Assembly: GCF_018350175.1 (NCBI RefSeq)
Contig: NC_058368.1
Location: 40,488,001 to 40,552,000 of the forward strand
Length of the DNA: 64,000 nt
Source of the DNA: Felis catus
Lineage: Eukaryota
Direction: 5' to 3'
Part shown: one piece after another, positions 53,471 to 64,000 of the stretch
Layout: every line of letters begins with the position of its first letter
Numbering within the stretch: position 1 is the stretch's first letter
Notes under the pieces: model-generated
What the model saw: only the letters and a program-made list of their open reading frames with translations
The model's database searches: none
What the model was told of the DNA's origin: nothing
Translations under genes and position numbers: made by a program

Positions 53471-54533
53471 GGTCCCCATGAGCAGTCCAACTTTTTTTAC
53501 AAAGCGTATGAACTGAGAATTGTTTTTATATTTTTAAATGTCTACTATAGAAGTGCAGTCAATCCCCGTTATTCACAGATTCTGTATTTGCAAATTTCTC
53601 CTCATCAAAATGCATTTGTAACCCCAAATCAATAATCAAGGCACTTGAATAGTCATCTGCACATGTGCACATGTACAGAGCAATGGAAGACGTAAGTCAC
53701 CTGATAAACATGTTCTCAGCTGAAGTTGAACAAGGCCATAACCTGCCGTCTTGAATCAGGTCTTCTTACATTGTAAACAAGTGTCTTTTTATAGGTTTAC
53801 TTAGTGCTGCATTTTTCAGATTTTTGTGCATTTTTTTTGGTGATCTCACTATTTAAAATGGTCCCAAGAGTAGTGCTAATGTGTTATTTAGTGTTCCAAA
53901 GTACAAGAAGGCTGTGATGTTTATAGAGAAAACATGTGTTTCAGATAAGATTTTTTCAGGCATGAATTATAGTGCTGTTGGCTGTGAGTTTAATGTTAAT
54001 GAATCAAAAAATGTGTAATCAATAAGGTGTCTTTACACAGAAACACATGAGGTGCCTGTGTGGCTCAGTTGGTTGAGCATCCTACTCTTCATTTCAGCAT
54101 GGATCATGATCTCACAGTTCTTGAGATTGAGCTCCGCATCAGACTATGTGCTGACAGCATGGAGCCTACTCGGGATTCTCTCCACACCTCTCTCTCTCTG
54201 CCCTTTCCCTACTGTGTGCACTTGCTCTCTTCCTCTTTCTCTCTCAAAATAAATAAACATTAAAAAAAAAAACAGAAACACATAAAAAAAAGTAAACATG
54301 GAATGATTGATAAAAATGTGATCAGAGGCTCACAGGCACATAACCTTGTATTTCCCCTAGGAGCATGGTTCAGTATTTGTTAATTTAGTGTTTATGGAGA
54401 CTGGATAGAACATAACCAATTCAGATCACAGGAATTATCTGTATGTACATAATACTTTCAATTTTGTCTCTTGACCAGCAAAGCTTAAAATATTTACTAT
54501 TTGTCCCTTTACAAATAATTTTGCCAACTTCTG
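53471..54533 (+). mobile_element. MER58/MER82/SINE nest (copy of 12950-14012)
   Basis: Duplicate; Tigger element 53556-54441, SINE 54049-54271. Confidence 0.75.
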
Positions 54534-56791
54534 ACTTAAGTGATATGAGGCAGCAGTAAAAAACATGCTGGCTTAAACCAGAGTGGTAGATGTGGAGATT
54601 GTGAGAAGCTTTCATATATGTTATGTATTTCAGTTTAGAGTCTGTAAAATGTTGGAAAAATATATATGATACACAAAGATAAATATATATATATATATAT
54701 ATATATACAGTATATATACACTATATATACACTATATATATAGTATATATAATATATTGATATTAATAACTACTTTTTTGTTCACATTGCCTAATTCATT
54801 AGATATTGCTATGTTAATGATTCTTATAATAATTGTATTTCAGACTAATTCTACCTACATTTTTTATGCTGTGGCTTATTACTGGTTTTGAGGATAGTTT
54901 ATCAGCCATGTAAGTGTTCCCAAATATCATTGAAGAAACATAGTTTGCTGACTGCTTTACAGTTACAATAGTCATTTTGTCACCTGGAAGAGGTTTAAAT
55001 TTGCATACTGTTACTCTGATCACTTTTCTCTGATTTTAAGTTGCTAACTCTCACTATCTTTGGCAAGAAAAAACAAAATCCTTTGAAGGTCATTCAGTCA
55101 CTTCTGCTTCAGAAGGAAGCTGTAGGATGAGTCCTGGCACCAGAAGATGGTGCAATGAATTAGTATGCTAGTAGTGGTGATGATAGGTTGCTAGAATGAT
55201 ATTTGAAAGGAAGTTTTTATGGGACTTTATTATTTGCATTTGAGGTACAAAGAGTAAAATATTACAGATAGCTTTTATTTTTTCTGAAATGAAAACTAAA
55301 TATAAATGAAAATTGCTTTCTCTATGCAAATTTAGAGGAACTTACATAATATACATTTTTATGCACGTTTCTGTCTGATATAAGGTTAATATATTTGCCC
55401 AAAGTTTAAGAGACAGTTTTAAGAAGGAGAAATTTGAAAGATTAGAAATATATATGACCATTGACCTTTGAAAATTTATAGGATCATCCAAAGAGTGGAA
55501 GAGAGAGAACTTTGAGTCAAACACTATAAACCAATATTTAAGGAATTGCGAAGTATATTTCCTACAGAGAAGGTGTCAGAGTACAGTGAAGGAAATGACT
55601 TAGGATGCAGGTAGTAATTGATAAATCTGAAGAATTTACTTGAATTAAAAATACATATTTCTTGTTGACTTTGGATAGAGGATTTTTTTAATTGACAAGT
55701 TTGTAAATAAACTTTAACGTATTCAGAAGTAAGTGAATGCTGAGAAGTGACATATTTGTTGCTTTGAGTGAAAGGACCGGGAAGGTTCAACACACCTGTC
55801 CTTATTGGTGTGTCCAACAGTATGAGACCCACCTGTTACAGGTGGTCAGTTGGCCCTATGCTCTAACAGAGGCACATGGAAGAAAGAATTGCAAATTAAG
55901 TGTCCCAGAGAGCTACAAAACCATACTTTTAACAAACGTATTTAACCCAGTATGGTAAACCTATCTGTCTCTGAAAGAGAAATAAGAGAGCATGATGGGT
56001 GTATGATAACATGGTGACAATGTTTTAACATTTTATGAAGTAAAGCATCTTCCATTTGCCTGTGGCTACACTATTAAATCATCGCACCTTGCTGCCCCAT
56101 TTCCTCACATGTGTCCTGACCTGGTGGGTTAGAAAAATTCACTCATTCATGTGTTTATAGAGTTGTCATTGTGTACTCACTCTGCTGCGGAAACAATGAC
56201 CTGAGTTAAGGAAGCGCAGCTGAAAAGATTTGTGATCTCTACCTTTGTGAATCAGCTGAATCCCTCAAATACTTGCCACATCACTAGTCTGTGCTCCCAG
56301 AATGGAGAATGAAGAGGCTAAACACACCTGCATGCTTCCAATACAAGGCTTCAGCAAGTAATATCAGAAATAATATATGCTAAACAGCATCTTTTCCATA
56401 AAATGTATCCACTAGTTTTAGAATGCTGTTTTTTTCTTGAAATCCACGTGCTCAAGAAAGTATATGAAGTGTGTGATAGCCAAACTAATAGCCTCTCTTT
56501 CCACAATCCAGTTCAGAACATCTTGGCAGCATTTAAAATTCTAAAAGTGCCCTGATTTTTGTTGTTCCTCAACATTCATGCTCATCTTTATTTTTAGCAT
56601 ATGTTGTTATCCTAGTCAACAAGATAATCAAAATGCTTTACGGTATTTAGTAAAAGATGCAGCGTGCGTTTGTGCCACAAGTAGAACAGACTGAGCAGGA
56701 CAAATGCCTCTTGTGTTACGTCCGTGTCACTTTGTTTGCTCATTTTTTATCATGTCAAATAACCTGACATCAATTCAGTCTTTCAAACCGT

Positions 56792-56792
<1 letters not shown>

Positions 56793-56838
<46 letters not shown>
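56793..56838. repeat. (CA)n microsatellite (copy of 16272-16317)
   Basis: Same length as in copy A. Confidence 0.95.
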
Positions 56839-56841
<3 letters not shown>

Positions 56842-58085
56842 TTTGATGAGACAGAGTGAATGGATCTGAGGGAAAGAGGTTGAGCTCACAATAGGCAAGA
56901 AAGAGGACACACAGTGTGGAAGCAAGAGCATTCAGTTGATACTGAATGACAAACTTTTTATGTTATTGTTGATTAATGAGTAAACTTTCAAAAGCTTTTT
57001 TTGTTCCTTGTAATATGTCTAGTTTTATACTGAAATTTAGATCTATTATCCAGTAATTCCAATAATTACTTTCTAAGCATTTAGCAATTCATCACAATGT
57101 TCTATGTGTTCCCTCCTAAATTCACTCATTATGAGTCTGATTTTGCTTAATTTATCCTCTAACATTTCATTAAAATAAATTAAATTACTATGTTCTCATT
57201 AAAATGAAATGAGAAATGTTATCATGAGATTTATAAAAGAACATTTTCTAATTTCTGAAACAGTTTTATTTATTAATATTTCCATGCCATTTTCCTTAAT
57301 GCTATTATTTTTACTAAAAGTATGTATCTTTTTTCATTACTTCATAATATCTTATCATATATAGTTATAAAAATGCACTTACCGCTCGTTTCACTTTCTT
57401 TTAATGTTTTTCATCAGACATTCAACTCTAAAAATTCAAAATAGGCTCTTTGATCAACAGAAAACAATAATGCAATCTATCATGTTTATTAAAGAAACTC
57501 TCTCTTGGTTTAATTTGATCATATCTTTAGCATTAGATTCACATCCTAATTCATTCATTGCACATGTTCTAAAAACTAGAGGAAAAGTGCATCTCCTATT
57601 AGGATTTTAAGGAGTTGTAATCACTTCCAAAGTATAAAAAGTATTATGTGTGTATAGGTATGAATAGGTAACAAAGCCTCAGCAACGTAAAAGCGTTATA
57701 TTTAAAAACAGGAAGAGATTGAAAGCAAAAAAAATTCTATTTTACTAAAATACAGTCATTTCAGACTGACCACTATTACCTTGTTTCATCTTTTATGTAA
57801 AAAAGAATTGGGGATGGATTTGGGGAATAGTAAGAGAAGATACACCAATGAAAATTGAATCAGAAATAAATGTAAACTTTTTTAGATAAGGAAGAGTAAT
57901 AACATACATGAGACTTTTATTCCATACTTTTTACTTGGTTTAAGGAAAATTTACTTAAGATAATTTTAGAGACAGTACTTCTTTGACTAATTTTAATGTC
58001 CAGTGTATTCAAATAATTTTTGCATAATATTTTATGAAAGACATCTTAAAGTAATCTGTGCAACCTCTCTCCTTAATAATTTTAC

Positions 58086-58130
58086 TTTTTTATTTTTTAA
58101 CTTATTTTTTATTTTTTAAAGTTTATTTGT

Positions 58131-58170
<40 letters not shown>

Positions 58171-58329
58171 TGAGTGGGATAGAGGAGAGAGAGGAAGAGA
58201 GAATCCCAAGCAGGCTCTGCACTGTCAGCACAGAGCCCAACATGGGGCTCGAACTCACAAACCATGAGATCATGACCTGAGCTGAAATTAAGAGTCAGAG
58301 GCTTAACCAACTGAGCCATCCAGATGCCC
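58086..58329 (-). mobile_element. Can-SINE (copy of 17565-17810)
   Basis: Duplicate; one GA unit shorter. Confidence 0.92.
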
Positions 58330-58818
58330 TAGTGACTTTACTTTTAAAGTTTGATTTGTATTATAATGGTTGATGGTGTTCTTTGAATTCCATCAACCAT
58401 ACTCTTTAATATTAGTATATTTTGATAAAAAGTCACTAGATGCATTTAGATATCTGTTAATTTTATCACAGACTACACTGTTCGACAAACTTCATATTTT
58501 GCTGACTGCTTTTCCACTGCAGTATTCATTTGTCATTGGGAATATGTATAATTTTACACGGTGCTATACTGATTTCATTTTTTCTAACTCATCTGAGCAA
58601 GTTTAATAGCCCTCATACTATCTATTTCAGGGGAGTAAAATGCTGTTTTAAGATAAGTCACTTGTGGTTAACTGCTTTTAAATAAGTGATTAGTCAATTC
58701 TAGATTCAAATTCAAATGTTCTAACGGTAAACTTTCTATTTGGGATATTCTGACTCCTTCCCTTCTTCTAATTTTACTTATGTCGTAGGCAGTCTAAACT
58801 TGAGAATGTCTACTTGAT

Positions 58819-59771
58819 ACCATTGTATTGAAAAAAATACTTGTCTGGCTTTTTACTGACTTTACTGACTTCTGATCTAAGTGTCATCCATAATGCCTAT
58901 TCTCAGGTTCCTATTTTCTTTATTCTACTTTATTGAAAGCCACCCCAACCCAATTTTCTTATGTACCTTACTTTAAAAATTCTTGTGTATCAACAGATGG
59001 CTACAAATGTAAAATATACCAACTCACATTAATGCTAAATCTTTTTTTTTTTTAAGTTTTAATTTATTTTTGGCAGAGAGAGCATGAGTTGGGGAGGGAC
59101 AGAGAGAGGGAGACACAGAATCTGAAGCAGGCTCCAGGTTCTGAGCTGTCAGCACAGAGCCTGATGAGGGGCTCAGACTCACGGACTGCGAGATCATGAC
59201 CTGAGCTGAAGTCAGACGCTCAACCAACTGAACCACCCAGGTGCCCCAATGCTAAATCTTTTTAATGACTTACCATTGCATCAAAAATAAAAGCCCTTAC
59301 TATGGTCTGCAAAGCATTTTAATGAAATGTCCCTGCTTTTGCCAATATTCTGCCTTTCTCCCTCTGATTTAATCTTCTATTTTTAGCTATACTGGTTTTC
59401 TTTAAAATCCTTAAACAGATCTCAATCTTTGAGTCTCTAGACATTATTTCTTTTTCAAATGCCTTTTCACCTACACTTCAACAATACTCCCCGTGTAGAC
59501 CTCAGAGCAAATATCAGTTTTTCAGGCCAGTGTCCCTGGCCTTATCTGTAATAAATATGTATTTTCCCATTATTTTCTGCATCCTCCCATTTCTTATTAT
59601 GTTAAAATAATTTATTACAGCCACTACTTATTTTACTCATGGTCCATGTATTTGCCATCTTCAACATCTTTTCTAGAATGTATGCTCAGTGAGAAAGTGT
59701 TTATTATTGCATTTCCATCAGCTCTGACATGTCTAGCATTCATCAGAAAGCCAGTATTTGTTGAATGAAAG
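58819..59771 (+). mobile_element. L2 fragment (copy of 18300-19252)
   Basis: Duplicate in copy B. Confidence 0.55.
59047..59247 (-). mobile_element. Can-SINE (copy of 18528-18728)
   Basis: Duplicate in copy B. Confidence 0.95.
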
Positions 59772-60318
59772 AAAAATAATTTATATTCCATGAACAAAGT
59801 AAAAGAAAGTTTCAGCAGCTGAAAATAAGAAGAGAGAGGGGTTGGGGACTGCTGGAAAAGTTGTAAGTCGGAAAAATGTTTAAGGATGGCATGACATGTT
59901 TTTATACATTCAAATACTGTAGTTCTTATTTAACAAGAAATGGGAGGATGTAGAGAATAAAGATTTTAGAATACTGAGGTTTGAGAGTGATATGTTCACA
60001 ATAGACCTTTAAGAATCTTAGCACTGTGATTATTTTCAGTGAACAATTTCTGGGTGTTTTGTTTTTGTTTTTAGTAGATGTAGTGTAGAATAAAAGATCA
60101 TATGAAATAATCATGCATCAATATTAAGAAAGTTAAGTAATAGATATATTTTTTTCACTCTATCAAAGTGTTCTCAGTACTTTTTATGAACCATGTCTTC
60201 TGCTAGGTCTGGAGAAACTAAAACAAAAGAAACTAAGGTATCCCATATAGAAATTTCAAGTATATTAGGGGAAACTTTGTGCAATCAACATTTTATAGTT
60301 GTCTATATCCATATCTAA

Positions 60319-60831
60319 AAACAATATTTTAATGTAGAAAGTTGGTGGCCACATTTGGTGGCCAACCCAATAGTCATTTCTACTTGTTTCCATAGGAACA
60401 GAACTCGAGATTGGTTCATGCTTGGTGCTCCAAGACAATGTCATTTCTCCCATCTCTAGTGCACAGCTTACTCTTCTTTGATAGAAGTAAATTCAATGGT
60501 ATATGTATGATGCACACCTATGGTAAAATGACACAGGAAGATGATGCTGTGGGACATCCAGAAAAGGTTTTAAGTATATAATACAGATAAAGAAAAAGAT
60601 CCCTTTTTTCATGTCTTTGGGACCAAACAAACTTAAAGCTGTGGCAGCCATTTTAAATACAGAGAGAGAAATTTGAGGACAAAAGTCAAGATTCTGAGAA
60701 CAGAAGAGTGGACTGATGCAACGTTGCCTAATTTCAAAAATTTGTAATAAATAAATATACTTTGTGCTCATTATCTAAGTGCATGTATTTAAGTGTTGGT
60801 TATTTTCAGACAAAGTATCTTGACTGATAAG
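60319..60831 (+). mobile_element. MLT1-like relic (copy of 19800-20312)
   Basis: Duplicate in copy B. Confidence 0.5.
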
Positions 60832-61277
60832 TATAGTGTGCAAGCATTCTTTCTTCTCTTCTCCCAAAATGTTAATAGCATTAGGTATTGCTTCCAATTC
60901 TACAAGTTCTATCAATAACTCTGGGATTTAGAGACATGAAAGCAGTAACTCCTTTTTCAGAGACATTTTCAATGCTTAGTTTAAGCACCAGCTGACCAAC
61001 ATAATGGGTAAATTATACCCCATGGAACTTTTGATTCAAAATAATTATAGTTTTCTAGGTCAAACGAGAGGTAATCATTACCTCTCACTTCCCCCAAATT
61101 TAATTGGAAATATGAACATTTAATGCTGTTAATTATAATGACTAGGTTAAAATTCTCTAGTTTGTATTAATATCTTTTAGCCTAAAATTTGACCTTTTAT
61201 TAATTTCTTCTCTCATGAGCTAATAAGTACATTGAATTCACACAGTTTGCAAAATGCTTGAATGTTTAAAGCCATGG

Positions 61278-61307
61278 TTTTTTTAAGTTTATTTTTTTTA
61301 TTTTGAC

Positions 61308-61340
<33 letters not shown>

Positions 61341-61519
61341 CAGAGAGACAGAGAGGAGCAGGGGAGGGGCAAAGAGAGAGGGAGAGAGAATCCCAAGCAG
61401 GCTCCACTGACAGCACAGAGCTCAGCTGACATGGGGCTTGATCCCACAAATTGCGAGATCATGACTTGAGCTGAAACCAAGAGTCAGACACTTAACTGAC
61501 TGAGCCACCCAGGTGCCCC
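61278..61519 (-). mobile_element. Can-SINE (copy of 20759-21000)
   Basis: Duplicate in copy B. Confidence 0.92.
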
Positions 61520-61718
61520 TAAAGGCATGTTTTTTTTTAAAAAATACATTAATATGAATGTACATTTTTACATTGTAAATTCAAAGTGATAACATGCAGC
61601 TCATCATAAATCTGAGTAATATGGCAAGTAGACTTACATGTGATCAAGAATGTCTTCACCTTGATGTCACAAAAGTGCTTTCATCTAAAAAGTCTTTGTT
61701 CCACAAATCCCATTTCTC

Positions 61719-62489
61719 TTTCTTTGTTCTTTGCCCTTGTGAATAACATCTCCATTTGCCCAGTCATCAGCTCCAAAAAAGGAAAAGTGAATCCAAATAT
61801 GATTTACTCTGTCAGTCACAAACCCCCTAATGAATCAGTCAAGTTCAACACGTCTTACCTTCTTTCTTACATCCTTCCTCCCTTTCTCTTCCCATGAAAG
61901 CAGTTACTTCATGTATATCTTACTTCTCATGTGTATTATTGCAATAGCCTCCCAAGTTATCTCCCTATTTCCAGTGTATTTTTTCTCAAGCCTATCTCCT
62001 AAATAATGCTGTGTGATTCTTCTAAAATGTTAATTTGACCATGACACTCTTTTGCTTAAAATACACTAATAACTTTGGGAATAAATTTTGAATACCTTAT
62101 CTTAGCAATTAATGGTTTTCAGAGTCTGGTCTTTAGCTACATTTTGCCCTGTTCTTCTACACTGCACTTCAGTGATAGGCAACTGCTGAACTCCCAACCT
62201 TCATTAGGATATTTTATATTATCAAGAATTTGTCATTCTGTTTTCTCTGCTCTGAATGATTTTCTATCCTATGTAAATAGCTGTCTCCTTCTGATACTTC
62301 ATGACTGAGTTCCAAAAAACTGTTTCTGTGAACTTTTCCCTGACCTCTCAATAGGGTAGCATATTTATTGTATGTTACCATAACAACTTGTGTGCATAAT
62401 TCTTTACATTATTCAACTTTTATGCCTGCTGTCCAGCACAGTACTCAGAATATAGAAAGCACAAAATAAATGCATGTTGAATACATAAC
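61719..62489 (+). mobile_element. L2 fragment (copy of 21200-21970)
   Basis: Duplicate in copy B. Confidence 0.6.
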
Positions 62490-64000
62490 AATAGGGATGA
62501 ACTGTTTACTTCCTTGATTTATTCTTATCTTTTGTGTGTGTCATAGATGCTTCTATTTTAAAAAGCAGTTTACAGATCCTGCTTTCATACACCTGTCATT
62601 CAGATTTATTCATATGGGAATATATTTGCCAATCTGTGTTGAAGGTAAATACAGAATAAAACAAATGACGCTGCAAGTATGAAAATACACATTTTGCAAT
62701 TTTGACTACTTTCAGACATACTTCATAGCTTTCCTTTTCTGTTATAAAAAATATTTCTATCTTTGTACAATGTCAAAATGTTTATTGTTTCTAAAAGCAT
62801 AGTACATCTTCCTAATAAGCAAATTATTCTTTACTGTGCACATATTTTAAATCGGTTTCAAGTGTGTGCGAAAGAAATAGTTATGCTAAAACACTACTTT
62901 TAAGAATATATTCATATTTCATATTTAGTATCAAAGGCCAATAAGGAAGAAGCTTATTATGTGACTTATGACCACATGTCTCCAGTCTTAATAAGACAAA
63001 TGATGTACACATGAGGGAAATATTTTTTTCTTTTACTGTCAATTACTATCCTTGATCTAAAAATATAAGTTATGAAGAGAAAGCTTAAATTTTGATGGCT
63101 TAGATTTGTCCTCTAAATATTAACATGACAACTTATTACACCAAAATTAATTTCAAATAAATGCTTAAAACTATTGTGGAGAAAACATAATCTTACTAAG
63201 TCTATGAGGACTAATCCTTAACATATTTTCATCAATTTAGTATATATCCTATTCTCAATGTTACTATAGATCACACAATTAATACATCCTTACCCTGAAG
63301 AGCTTTATATTTGCATTTTCTTATTAATAATCAGGGTCTATTCTTTTCATCATATTTCTTAGTGATAAGCATACATTCTCAAATTTGTATATGGTGGAAA
63401 ATAAGGTTGATTAGAATCTATAATCGTTTTCTATATGAAAATCAAATTTCATATTTATAAAATAAATATCATGAACAAAAGTACTTAAGTCATTATGCAG
63501 TTTCAACATGACAAGTGAAAATTGATAGAATTCAGGAGCGAAATATAATTTATACATGACATGAAAAAAATAGAAAGGTCAAAGTAGAATAGCAATTTGC
63601 TTTCAACACAGTAAAGAAAAAAATGTAATATTGTAGAAGAAAATTATCGTTTTATAGTCATGAAAAAAATGACCTTTGTGACATTTCAAAGATTTGACAC
63701 TAATCTTCCTGAATCATTCTTCATTAGTCAAAAGCATACAAATGTGCTTCATCTGGGCTTTAGTAACATTCTTTAAAAATGCACTTGAGCATATGGACAC
63801 CAAAAAGTTTAAAGTAGTAGTCAATAGAATTGTGAAGAATGAAAAATAGGAGTTAGCATAGAATTAAAAAAAAATTAAAATATTGTGTGTGGGTTTTTGG
63901 TTTGTGTGTTTCTTGTAAATATGAGCTTTCACCATAGCTACTCTCCATTTTCATGTAAACAAACAATACAGAATTAAAGAAGGAAATAATTTGGCTGGAC

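Larger units (their letters stand above)
40523..64000 (+). repeat. Large direct duplication, copy B (truncated by window end)
   Basis: Matches 1-23481; last bases ...aatttggctggac equal the end of copy A at 23481. Confidence 0.98.

Noticed and set aside
1..64000. CRISPR array, operon or other prokaryote-type system
   Set aside because: Mammalian repeat-rich DNA; no regularly spaced repeats or long ORFs.

Overview
AT-rich, repeat-dense mammalian DNA that looks intronic or intergenic. It is almost certainly feliform/felid: it carries many tRNA-derived Can-SINEs with the cat-type 'ctgacagctcagagcctggagcctgcttcagattc' body, plus carnivore L1 3' ends. No protein-coding gene could be identified; the ORF track is explained by L1 ORF2 remnants, SINEs and chance. 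The dominant structure is a direct duplication: 1-23481 recurs at 40523-64000 (offset ~40.52 kb) and runs off both window edges. The only differences I found are length changes in a poly-G, a poly-C and a (GA)n run, so it is either a very recent tandem/segmental duplication or a falsely duplicated assembly segment. Other contents: two 5'-truncated L1s, two solo LTRs, MER82-, MER58- and MER45-like DNA transposon relics, L2 and MLT1 relics, several nested insertions, and a 91-bp perfect direct repeat flanking a 185-bp A/T patchwork. There are two weak candidate micro-exons (a signal-peptide-like 46-nt coding segment at 34133 and a 45-nt non-coding exon at 16862). Repeat family names come from recalled consensus sequences, not a database search. 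I found no convincing novel biological system.
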